In this document: piece after piece, positions 26,130 to 37,114 of the stretch
Numbering within the stretch: position 1 is the first letter of the stretch
Layout of the letters: each line of letters opens with the position of its first letter
Source of the DNA: Octopus sinensis
Taxonomy: Eukaryota
Assembly (NCBI RefSeq): GCF_006345805.1
Contig: NC_043002.1
Span: 115,010,001-115,074,000 of the forward strand
Length of the DNA stretch: 64,000 nt
Direction of reading: 5' to 3'
The notes under the pieces: model-generated
Told to the model about the DNA's origin: nothing
Database searches by the model: none
Seen by the model: the letters and a program-made list of their open reading frames with translations, nothing else
Made by a program: the position numbers and the translations under genes

Positions 26130-28400
26130 TTTCGAGATTTTATAAAGAAATAACTTTTTCCTTCACTCAGAGATATAGACCCGTTTGTTACAACTGATAT
26201 TTCGATCATGAAGTATTTCCTGTCCGGATCATCCTCGATAACAATATTCGTCCTATTTTTCTTTTATCATTTTCCAAGAATGTCGCTACTTCGTCATTCT
26301 TTGAGACATTTTCTTGCATATGTTTATATAATCTTTTCTGACTATATATCATAATAGCGGCATAAATTCCATCGCAAGAAAGCTCCTATATTCTTATACG
26401 TATATACGTGCTTTTTCTTAACACTAGCAACCACTGAAAATTAATTGCTTCTTTCCGATCTCTACTTACTCTATACTTACTGTATTCACGCCTGTAGTAG
26501 TTTCTAAGAAGAATGCGTTAACTGTGTCGCAGTCAAAACTCCTGTTCTTGGTTTGATTCCAGCACTTCTCATGTACAAAGATGTTACATTATTCCCATCT
26601 CCTTGTTGGCCAAGCAAATGCTTTTCATGACACCAATTTAACATGACATACAACCCAATTTTCAGCTTAGGTTTTAATGTTTTTACTATTTTTCTTGTTG
26701 TTTCTCGCTTCCTTCACAATTTTCTCCTACTCCAGACAATGTTTAAAATTAGTTGAATTTGTTGAAGATAAAATCAGGTTTTTTTGTTTCGTTTTGAACA
26801 TGTTTTGTAAGTAATTGTACTACTGTTATATTATATTTTTATCTGTGTGCAGTAAAAACATCTTATGATATTTTTCTACTTACAGGAAAAAACTTTTCCA
26901 TTGTAAATATAATTTTTCTGTTATATTTTACATTGTGTTTTTTTTAAATGTTGTCATTATTTTTCTTGTTAATCTCAATAATTTTGCTAATTCACTTTGC
27001 GCCTATTTAAGAATGTTATAACTATAGCATAATAGTGGAACAGCTTCGCATTGATGTATAATACCAGGAGCGGAGCTCGCATTTTTGTTTTAAACATCAA
27101 TTTAATGAGTCTATAGCATACCTTCATGATATTTCTGTTCATTTATATATGTTGTGCTTTGTCTAGTTCATGGTTTTCTCATTATCTTAAGGCCTATACC
27201 TAATTCATGTGTCTGTTTTTTTAATTAACACAGTATTAGTGTTTCAGTGAATTCTCCTCTCTTCAAGATTGCCTGGAAGTATATTGCTAATCCTCATGTA
27301 AATCTCTATACTATATGTAGCAATGTTTCTAGTTGCTTCCTTTCTGAAGTATATAACTTTGAGGTCATCCATGTACAATAAACGGCTGACCGTTTTTCCA
27401 TAGCATTTATTTAACACGATAACTAAATAGAAATTTCAAACCATTATTATTATTATTATCATTATGAAGGCGGTGAATTGGCCGAGTTGTTAACATACTG
27501 AATAAAATGCTTAACGATATTTTGTCAGTTTTCATGTTCCGAGTTCAAATTCCGCCGAGGATGCATTTCATCCTTTCGGGGTCGATAAAATAAGTACCAG
27601 TTCAACACTGGGGTCGATGTAATAGACTTAACCCCTGCCCCGAAGCTGCTGACCTTGTGCTAAAATATTGTATGATGAGGAAAACCGAAAAGGTTGAAAG
27701 CATTTTGTTTATTGGTTTAAGTAGTGATACCATTTTCCTCTTAGGTTTTCTTGTTCTCGATAATAGCTGGTCCATGAGCTTCATCGATCTCTGCATGGGT
27801 TCCTTGATATATATCACAGCATATCTTCGTTATAATTTTCTGAACTCTTTTCTAGTGTATTTTTTCTTTATTTTTTGTTTGTTTTTTTTTTCTTTATTTC
27901 TTTATTTACTTTTTTGTGGTTGCATTTCAAAATGTTGTCATAACTTACAGTGTTTATTAGCTGCAATTATGTCTTGTCGATATGTTGGGAAACACTGGGC
28001 AACCAGAGACAATGCCGTTGATTATTTCCTTGAAACTTTTATGGATTCGCGAGACCAAATGGTGGTGCATCAGCATGGCCGCAGCTATGAGCTGAAACTA
28101 CACCAAAAAATTGACAAGTTTGCAGTTAATATATTCTGCTTTATGATACTTTGATTTGTTTCTAGTAAGAAGGTTTTGATCCTGTCTCACGTCGAAGTGC
28201 CTTCCGCTTCAGCTTTAAAACCTACGCTTCTCATCCAATACTGCGCTTCTCTCTATTACCACACTGTTTCTTTCTCCTGCTGTTAACCACGAAGAGCTTT
28301 ACTTGCAACTGTTTTATCATGGCATTCCATAGCACTATTTGTTCTTTCTCTTTCTTCATAATTATCTTTCTTTTAGTACGTTTTGTATTTGTTTACTTTA
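26130..28400 (-). mobile_element. Decayed R4/Dong-like non-LTR retrotransposon fragments, interrupted by a SINE B at 27467-27670
   Basis: Minus-strand remnants: GKTVSRLLYMDDLK (~27400-27360, RT YMDD), AGIKPRTG..RNYY..SKYRVSRDRKEAINF (decayed CCHC) and LRWNLCRYYDI..IVIEDD..YFMIEISV (REL endonuclease region). A second WMRSVGFKAEAEG..QDQNLLTRN fragment lies at ~28160-28240. Confidence 0.65.
27467..27670 (+). mobile_element. SINE family B monomer
   Basis: AAGGCGGTGAATTGG head, GTTCAAATTCC B-box and CORE TCATCCTTTCGGGGTCGATAAAATAAGTACC. Confidence 0.85.
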
Positions 28401-28722
28401 GAGGATAGAAGGTATTCTGTTTTGTTCAGATTTTATAGCTACTTGCTATAATACTATGTATTTTTCTACATCTACAAGCGTATATTTTATAAAAATATAA
28501 AAGCTTTCTTCTTGTAAAGGTTCCTTCACGAATTTCTGATAAATATACTCTTTCTACGACAGATTTTGATTGATTTATTCAAAATACAGTCATTCTTTTT
28601 CTTGTCTGTCTAGTCTTGGTAATTCATTCAGAGTCCAGTTAAAAATATTATAGGTAATTTGTTTTGGGTTAACAAAATTCCTAATGATTATTATTTTATT
28701 ACCGCTGTATTAATCTAATGTA

Positions 28723-28899
28723 TTAGTGGAGGTGCACGGTTTACTGGTTAGGGGGTTGTACTCTTGATCGTTGTTCCAATCCACTCAGTTGGCAAAAACT
28801 AATAATCCTGCTACGGTTCTATTCCCCGTACAGGGCGAATATATAAGCTACAGAAACCAGGGAACCGGCCTACATGACTCGGGAATGAGTTTTATCCTT
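28723..28899 (+). mobile_element. Short tRNA-derived SINE of a fourth family (D) with 13-bp TSD
   Basis: Direct repeat TTAATCTAATGTA at 28710-28722 and 28900-28912 flanks a GGAGGTGCACGGTTTACTGGTTAG head and a GCTACAGAAACCAGGG..ATGACTCGGG tail. Confidence 0.7.
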
Positions 28900-29689
28900 T
28901 TAATCTAATGTACTTATAATATTACTTACTAAACTTTAAATTGTATGCTGTCCAGTTCATTGATTCTTATATTTAATTCGTATAGTTTTCTCATTTTCTT
29001 TATTTGGCATATTATTAGTATACTCCTTTTTTTCTCTTGACAGTTGCCATAACACATTTTTAAAACCCAAATTACTTATTGATTTGTTTGATATATCAAT
29101 GCACTCTCTTCAGTGGTGTTTTCAAGTTGTTTATGACATTCAGTATACAAGTTCGATCGTCCATATGCAAAAACAACCCACTTGATTGTCCTATCATAAT
29201 ATTTGTATGCAAGTTCTTACCCTGTCTAATACGTCAGCTAACGGATCACTTGAAACATTGCCTTTCTCATGGAAATGGGTTAGTTTTTATATGTTCTCTT
29301 TTCTCTGTACCAGTAAAACTGTTTGTAGTTTACTCATGGCCTCCTTCATGTATCTATTTACTATTATTACCACCTTACGGTTAATGTTTCCAAAACATTA
29401 TTGTTATTATTAAGGTGGTGAGCTGGCAGAATCGGTAGCTTACCGGGTGAAGTGCTTAGCGTCCTTTCTTTTAAGAAGTTCTTGACTAAATCGCTCTGGA
29501 TTCTGGTTGAGCAGAGTATTTTGCTTAAAGGATCGTTTTCGTTTTTCATGATTATCTCCTTGGGGGACTCTGATGAAAGACTCGTTTATTTACACCAAAT
29601 GGCCTGAAGGTAATTCGGTTGAGCGAACAACTGAAATGATCGCTGTCGTAACCGACGGAGGATTTATTTATTCTTGCATGGATGGATGG

Positions 29690-29980
29690 ATGGATGGATG
29701 GCTAGCTGACTGGATGGATGAATTGGTAGACTACTGTCTGTCTGTGTGTCTGTATGTCTGGATGGATAAATGGATGGATGGATGGCTGACTGGATGGATG
29801 AATGGGTAGACTGCTGTCTGTCTGTGTGTCTGGATGGATGGATGGATGGATGGATGGATGGATGGATGGATGGATGGCTGACTGGATGGATGAATGGGTA
29901 GACTGCTGGCTGGTTGACTGTCTGTCTGCCTGTCTGTCTGTCTGTCTATCTGGATGGATGGATGGATGGATGGATGGATA
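29690..29980. repeat. (GGAT)n/(TGTC)n higher-order compound microsatellite
   Basis: Three reiterations of (GGAT)n-GCTGACTGGATGGATGAAT-GGTAGACT-(TGTC)n. Confidence 0.9.
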
Positions 29981-32039
29981 TGCTTAATGTATAAAACTTT
30001 TTTGACTTGAGTTTGGCCTTGCATTTTTTATCGTCCAAAATATGGCAATGATCTACAGCTTATGAAAGATGTATGCTTCAGTAATTTCCCCACATGGCTC
30101 ATGGTGAAATGTGAACCAACAAACTTATGATGAAATGTGAACTAACAATGATTTTCCTATAAATTTTCAGACATCCTATATTTATAACTCAATTATCCAG
30201 TGCTTCCTTTGAAAACAAATAGAGATTATATATGTACGTATATGCTTATATACACACATACATATGTTTGTGTCTGAGTGCGTCTGAATATGAAGGTATG
30301 TAAATGGGAATGTATAGATGTTTTCATTAAAGTGTTTGTGTATATCTCCAAATCAACTCCTAGAAGTATATTATATGCAGTTGATAAATTTTCTAAGTTT
30401 CTATTTATATTATACTGAGCAAAAGTAAATATATGAAACTTAAACAGTGTGTCTGTAGTTTTATATCTTCTTTTCCACAGACAATAAAATAAACAATATA
30501 ACAAAAACGAAAACAGGCGATGATATACTTAGTTGCTGCTTCTGATCAAATAGAATAGCATAACCTTGTTTAGTACCCCTAGGGTAGCAACTAATAGTTT
30601 TATACCCTTGGCATTATTATTGGGTGATAAAGCTCCATATTATTCCCCAGTGACTGCGCTAGTGAACATCTACGTTTGTAATTGGTTTACCATGCAACAA
30701 AACCCACAACTTGAATTATATGACGAGTAAATTTAACCGGATATTATAAATGCATGAGTTGAAAATAATTTATACTATCTAGGGGAAGGACTTTGATGTT
30801 CAGAAACCAAGCATTTGTCGATTGTGTTTCTATATCCATTCCAGTATTATATTTCACGCAATGACTTAACCCATCCTTTTATTCAAACGTACACAGAAAT
30901 TCTGCTGTACACTGATATATTTCGGTGTGTAGAAAGACATGTGACTGAAATATCGTTCTAAACGAAAATTTTCATTTGTATTATTACACTGAATAACCTT
31001 ATATGCTATATAAAAATAGGAAGAAATGTGTTGTAAATCATATATGAAACGATAAAAATACACGATATTAATATACAAATATATTTAAAAATTAAATGAT
31101 CGACTCTCGGCTAGATTATTGTTCATATCATATTACAAAAAGGAATATTATAATTATACTGCAGCCAAACTGGTTACATGTACATTAATGTTACTGCTTT
31201 CGTCTGATCTTGAGTTTCAATAGCCAGACGAGTATTGTGACGAAGTGGGCAGAGCATTCAGGACATTCTAGTATCTCAGATAACGTTTTTTTGCCAATGG
31301 TATTTATTTAATAAGAGCCGTCAAAATTATGTTAGAATAAAATTCCAAAATATCGCTTTTCTGCTAAATACATTATAGACGCAACTGCAAACAATAATTT
31401 CGAAGCAGCATCAAAATTTACGCATACTTTTCACTTATTAATAACCGTTTCATGATTGCAGAAGTGTATTGGATTGATATTGGACAAAACTACATAATTC
31501 CATTAAAACTAAAACTAGAAATGATTTCTATTGACTAGTTTCTTTTTGAAAAGGTTGGAGTATTATCGATTTAACAGACTACACTATATAGTTCGAAGTT
31601 ACTTTATCGATTCCTGACAGAAGACAGGCGAAGTCGATTCCGGGGGGTTTTGAATGCAATGAAGCCCAACCCTTTACTTTGTGAACAACTCGACAGCCAT
31701 CGGCCTGTACATATGTATACATATATACATACATGATTACATGCATATGTAAATATATATAAATAAATATAAATACATACATTTATGTAAATATATATAA
31801 ATTCATACACACACACACACATATATATATACACCCACCTAGACATAGACTCACTCTACGATTAGTCATTACAATTATGTTTCCGACTTCTAAATATACT
31901 TACAAGTAGAAGCTTTTAACATACATAAGAAATTTTATTACACACACACACGGACGCGTGCACACACACACACACACACACAACACGCAACACATACTCC
32001 ACATGCACCTAAACATATATATATATATATATATATATA

Positions 32040-32300
32040 TAACGGGAAGCTTTATGAAAATAAACAAAAGACGAAGGCAGGTGAAGTACAAACAAACAAT
32101 TGTATTAGTATGGCGTTCAGGAATAGAAATAAAACAAGTCTTTTACGTTTCGAGCCTACGCTCTTCAACAGAAAGATACACAGAAAAGAAACACGGAGAG
32201 AAACAAGGAGAGGAAAAAATGCGTGCAGAAGCTAGCGATTCAACATGGCAGTGTATGTTCGTATGTATGTATATAGTTATATGCATATTCCTTTTCTTTA
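32040..32300 (-). mobile_element. Penelope-like element terminal (pseudo-LTR) fragment
   Basis: Contains ACGTTTCGAGC..GCTCTTCAACAG, a terminus typical of Penelope-like elements, which is the reverse complement of a minimal hammerhead motif. Confidence 0.55.
32139..32176 (-). ncRNA. Degenerate minimal type I hammerhead ribozyme motif
   Basis: Minus strand TCTTT-CTGTTGA-A-GAGC GTAG GCTC-GAAAC GT A-AAAGA: 5-bp stem I, 4-bp stem II, palindromic ACGT stem III; core A6 replaced by U. Confidence 0.55.
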
Positions 32301-32799
32301 TCTAGTGGTTGGTTTAGGTAAGTGAAATATATTTTCTTTAATGTAATGTTGAGACCAAAGGTGTTAGCAGCACGAAATAAGCATCCAAAATTTTTGAGCT
32401 TCGAGAAAAGTTACAGAAAAGATACAGATTCGCTTATCAAAGTTATTAAGAAATCAAATGCAAACAATACTGGCGCCAAGACACAACCTTACATAAAGCT
32501 ATTACTGACTCCGAAAAATTTGGATGATTCTTCGCATGAGATTATTAGTCGTGAAAAGAAATAATGACGTTTGGATTATTAACAATTCTGTTCAATCTCG
32601 TTGAAAGATCCAGTAAAATCTATCAAAACAAGATACAATCTTTGATTTCTCGTTCCTAATTTTCTTACAGCTAATTTCAAAGATTATATTATATCGGTCA
32701 CCCCTCTGCCGATCTAAAATTACGATTGTATTCAAAGTAATTTTTCCCACATGATAAGTAATCACCTTACTTAAAATGTTACTTGTTATATAAAGCAAT

Positions 32800-33205
32800 A
32801 ACAAAAGCATCAAAGAGCGCAAACGTCCGCCAAGGCAACACCAATGTCCTCTAAACGATTAGCCAGAGATGATTTTTAAAATGAGAATATCTTAAATAAA
32901 CTCGACTGCTCTCACAAACGAAAATACTAAAATAGAACCCGACCGCTTTCAAAAATTAAGCAAAATATAAATAAATAAATAAATATATAAATAAATAAAT
33001 AAATAAATAAAGGAAAAATTATCCAGAATCCTTGTCTGATACCGGATCGATTCCAAAATCTAATCAGTTCGTGCTAGTCACAAGGCCAAACATTTCTGAA
33101 AGTTTCATCCGAATCCATTCGGCGGTTCTTGAGATATCTTGCCCACGCACAAAGCAACAAAGGCGACTGAAACAGCACCGCTGCCTTCGCTAAGGCGGAG
33201 GTAAT
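32800..33205 (+). mobile_element. Helentron/DINE-type non-autonomous element (HINE-like)
   Basis: Subterminal inverted repeat ACGTCCGCC (32823-32831) / GGCGGAGGT (33194-33202), 3' short hairpin GCCTT-CGCT-AAGGC and an internal (AAAT)n tract. Confidence 0.55.
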
Positions 33206-33249
33206 AAAAGGGAAGTGCTGTGATGATTGTCACAAATTACTTTGTCTTA

Positions 33250-33592
33250 TATCTTTTACTTGTTTCAGTCATTAAACTGCGGCCATGCTGGGGCACTGCC
33301 TTGAAGAATTTTCTATCGAATGTATCGATTTATTTTTAAGTACTTGTACTTATTCTATCGGTCCTTTAGTCGAACCGCTAAGTTACGGGAACGTAAAAAC
33401 AGCAACGCCGACTGTCAAACGGTAGGCGGAGAAAGCACAAGCACAAAAACACACACCCACACATAGTTATATACATATAAACGACAGGCTTCTTTCAGTT
33501 GTTTGTCTCCTAAATCCACGCGCAAGACTTTGGTTGGCCCGAGGCCATAGAAGAACCTGCTCAAGGTGCCATGCAGTGGGACTGAACCTGGG
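33250..33592 (-). mobile_element. SINE family A, head truncated at the B-box
   Basis: Family tail and body present; abuts a SINE B head at ~33592. Confidence 0.8.
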
Positions 33593-33995
33593 TTGGCAGA
33601 AACGTTAGCACGCCGGGCGAAATGCTCAGCGGTATTTTGTCTGCCGTTACGTTCTGAGTTCAAATTCCGCCGACGTCGACTTTGCCTTTCATCCTTTCGG
33701 AGTCGATTAAATAAGTACCAGCTACGCACTGGGGTCGATATAATCGACTTAATCCGTTTGTCTGTCCTTGTTTGTCCTCTCTGTGTTTAGCTCCTTATGT
33801 GTAGTAAAAAAATAGGTATTTCGTCTGTCGTTACGTTCTGAGTTCAAATTCCGCCGAGGTCGACTTTGCCTTTCATCCTTTCGAGGTCGATTAAATAAGT
33901 ACCAGCTACGCACTGGGGTCGATATAATCGACTTAATCCGTTTGTCTGTCCTTGTTTGTCCCCTCTGTGTTTAGCCCCTTGTGGGTAGTAAAGAA
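33593..33995 (+). mobile_element. Dimeric SINE family B
   Basis: Two tandem B-box+CORE+tail1 modules joined at AAATAGGTATTTCGTCTGTCG. Confidence 0.85.
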
Positions 33996-34765
33996 ACAGA
34001 ACCTGGGCTGCGAAGCAAGTTTCTAACAACAAAAGCAGAAGCAAATGCCATATTTATACCGTTTTTAATGCAGCATAAATTTCACAAGTTTATATGCAAG
34101 ATGTAATGTTTCTGCATTTGTGCCTGCATTGTCCATTGACCTTGCTGCTAATTTGTTCATGCAGTGATGCACATCACGGGATATAATGTATCAGTCTGAA
34201 CATGTTGCACTCTTTACACCTTCGAATCTATTTTTGTTTGCCTTCAATTTTCTGATTTTAGCCACAGCGGAGGTGGGCAAAGCGCCAAAGTTAATATTCC
34301 TTTAACCTTATTGTCGGTGATGAGTATCCCAGCAGAGAGTTTTGCGGAGTGAAGCTATTAATGTTTCAATTATTTTGTCTGTCTTTTATTTTTGTATGAG
34401 CTGAGTGAATAAAAATTATCTTAGGATGCTGTTTTTGTTGTTGTTGTTATTTTTGCTGTTGCTGCTACTGCTGCTCCTGTCGGTACGCTCTCACATTTTG
34501 TCTCGTATGTAGTGGCAGGAACTAGGAAGTTAGAAGATTGCTGCAGTATGAAAAAAAAAAGGGATAACAGAGCTCCTTGCAAAGACATGACTTGCCATTT
34601 GTGGACTTTTGTTTGACTGTGTTATGTGTGAGTGTGGCTTCCATACAACCTTTGATAATGTGCAATGCATTTTTACGTATAAGTTGTGGCTTCATGTAAT
34701 GCGCTGTGGAGTGACTGTGAGTCCATATGGGTCAGGCATATTCCATGATGAATATAAAGCAGTGT

Positions 34766-34998
34766 GGAGGCGCAATGGCCCAGTGGTTAGGGCAGCGGAC
34801 TCGCGGTCATAGGATCGCGGTTTCGATCCTACGACGTTGTGAGTGTTTATTGAGCGTAAACACCTAAAGCTCCACGAGGCTCCGGCAGGGGATGGTGGTG
34901 ATCCCTGCTGTACTCTTTCACCACAACTTTCTCTCACTCTTACTTCCTGTTTCTGTTGTACCTGTATTTCAAAGGGCCAGCCTTGTCACTCTCTGTGT
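34766..34998 (+). mobile_element. 3'-truncated SINE family C (tRNA-Arg-like head)
   Basis: Near-identical to the 5' part of 49196-49587. Confidence 0.85.
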
Positions 34999-35239
34999 TT
35001 TTATTTTTTAGTCAGAGGAGGAAAGACCACGCTGATGGCCCTTTCTAGGGGATGAGAGTAACTTATCCTTTAGCTGGGGACATGACCTGCCCTAAAAGCA
35101 ATATGGTAGACGCGCATTTTGCACGGTTTCAGTATAGCAAATTTAACTTATGGTTCTGGGAGAGCGTGAGAGAGAGAGAGAATTAGTGAGTGAGTGAGTG
35201 AGTGAGTGAGAAATAAAAATAGGGATAGGAACGGGTTCC

Positions 35240-35390
35240 ACCCTAGTAATCGGCTGATATTTAATTTATCGAGCGCGAAAGAATGAAAGGTGAAGTTGAC
35301 CTCGACGAGATTTGAACACGGAACTCAGAATAAAGAAATGAATACTACCCAGTAAAAGGCATTATGTTTGTCTCGCTAACGTCTCAATCA
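35240..35390 (-). mobile_element. Degenerate SINE family B
   Basis: GAATGAAAGGTGAAGTTGACCTCGACGAGATTTGAAC is the reverse complement of the B-box/CORE block. Confidence 0.65.
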
Positions 35391-36036
35391 GTTTCCTGTG
35401 TTCGTGATGTATTAGGATACTGAAATAACTCGTTTAATATTGTTTCAAGTAAATCTGTCAGATTTTTCTTCACAAGATCGGATTTCAAAATTCCACTATC
35501 CTAAAGTCATAAAACATTTAACCTGATTTCCCTCTAAATAATGTCATCTCCGTAAATCTATTGCATAACATCTACCCTTAGGCTGCAGTAGGACTTAAAC
35601 TTCAAATATACAAACTGAGCAATTACACAAAACTTACGAATGGTAAAAATGGAATTTATAAGATAATGAAAACAAAAATCAGCTTTGAAATATCATCCTA
35701 CCATTACCGCAGCATGTACGTAGTTAAGTGAATAGATACTCCATAAAAGAGAGAGAAATATGCTAAATATATGCAGATGTCTGGTAGCGTACCCATTTTC
35801 ATCACGTAATAGACTTAACAAACATTTCCATCAATGAAATTTTCATTATCAATTCATGGATGCTATGAAATCACTTTTGATTACTTATAAAGAAAATGGT
35901 TGACTATATTGAGAAAATCTGAAAATCTTAAGGAATAGAAAGTGTTACATTTTTCAAATTTACATTTAATTGTAAATTATTCTATTTCCTATAACAAGTA
36001 CTTGTGTCTTAACTTTTGAACTTTTATTTCCTCTTG

Positions 36037-36089
<53 letters not shown>

Positions 36090-37114
36090 AAATATACATA
36101 TATGCAAATATTTAAAAGTCATCTGTTTCAAAACACAAAAGTATAATAGAAGTTCCTACTGCTGCTAAAGTACCTAAATCACTTTGTTTTTGTGCGATTT
36201 AAGTACTTTTAGATCTTCAATTACTGAGTATACACAGAACACGCCAGTCACTCAGGTTCTTTGCTTTTTAAGTTACCATTCAAAAAGAAATGGAATAAAT
36301 TGCTTCTGACTAGACGCATTATCACTGGATCATATCAATTTCTTAAAGAAAGCCGACACAAAGATCTGAGGGCATTGGGTGGTATCAGTACAACTCAAGC
36401 TTTGTGTACAGCTCATTAACAATGCGTTATGCTTCTTCCCTTTAATGTAGCTGACAGTTGATTTGTATTATACATATACATTTTCCGCATGCCACCACGT
36501 TATAGTTCGGTGCAGCCCTAAAGTGAATTTCATTCTTTCCTTTCTTCATCACATCCCTTCAACAATATTGTTGTAGTGTTATGTTGATTAAATAAAGCAA
36601 AGTCAACAGAGTCGTTAATTGGTGAAAAGCGTCGATTTATTTTGTCATTTTATTTGTTAACCATTATCCTTTCTGTCAGTTAAACATCATTTAATGCAGT
36701 GAAGTAGCTATAGTATCAGGTTTAAAGTTTACACGTTCTCAATGAGCAAATATATTTTCCTGCACTCATCTTTACGGCTATTTGAATCTTTGGAAAAGCA
36801 ACTTGCTATGATGCTAAACAAGAATAGGAAAATATATTTGTCAATATGTGCAACATGCTCGCTCGCATACATACATCCTCACACACGCATGCACGCTGTC
36901 ATACACATTCATAAACACACCATTCATGAACACACCATCTTATTCAAGAAATATGTTTTCATCTTTACGTGTTTATATCTATGCATGCGTGTATATCCGA
37001 GACTATATAACCATAAGATAGATGCTTCCTCTATCTGAGCCCAATTCTCTATCAATGTTTGTATACTGGTATGGTCTCATATATTTCTCATGGTTCGTGG
37101 TGTATATATATATA

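Noticed and set aside
29570-29655. CTGATGA followed by a distant GAAA
   Set aside because: Stems I and II cannot be formed.
36273-36419. 48-codon open frame after a weak acceptor
   Set aside because: No recognisable motif or supporting exon, and the length is compatible with chance.
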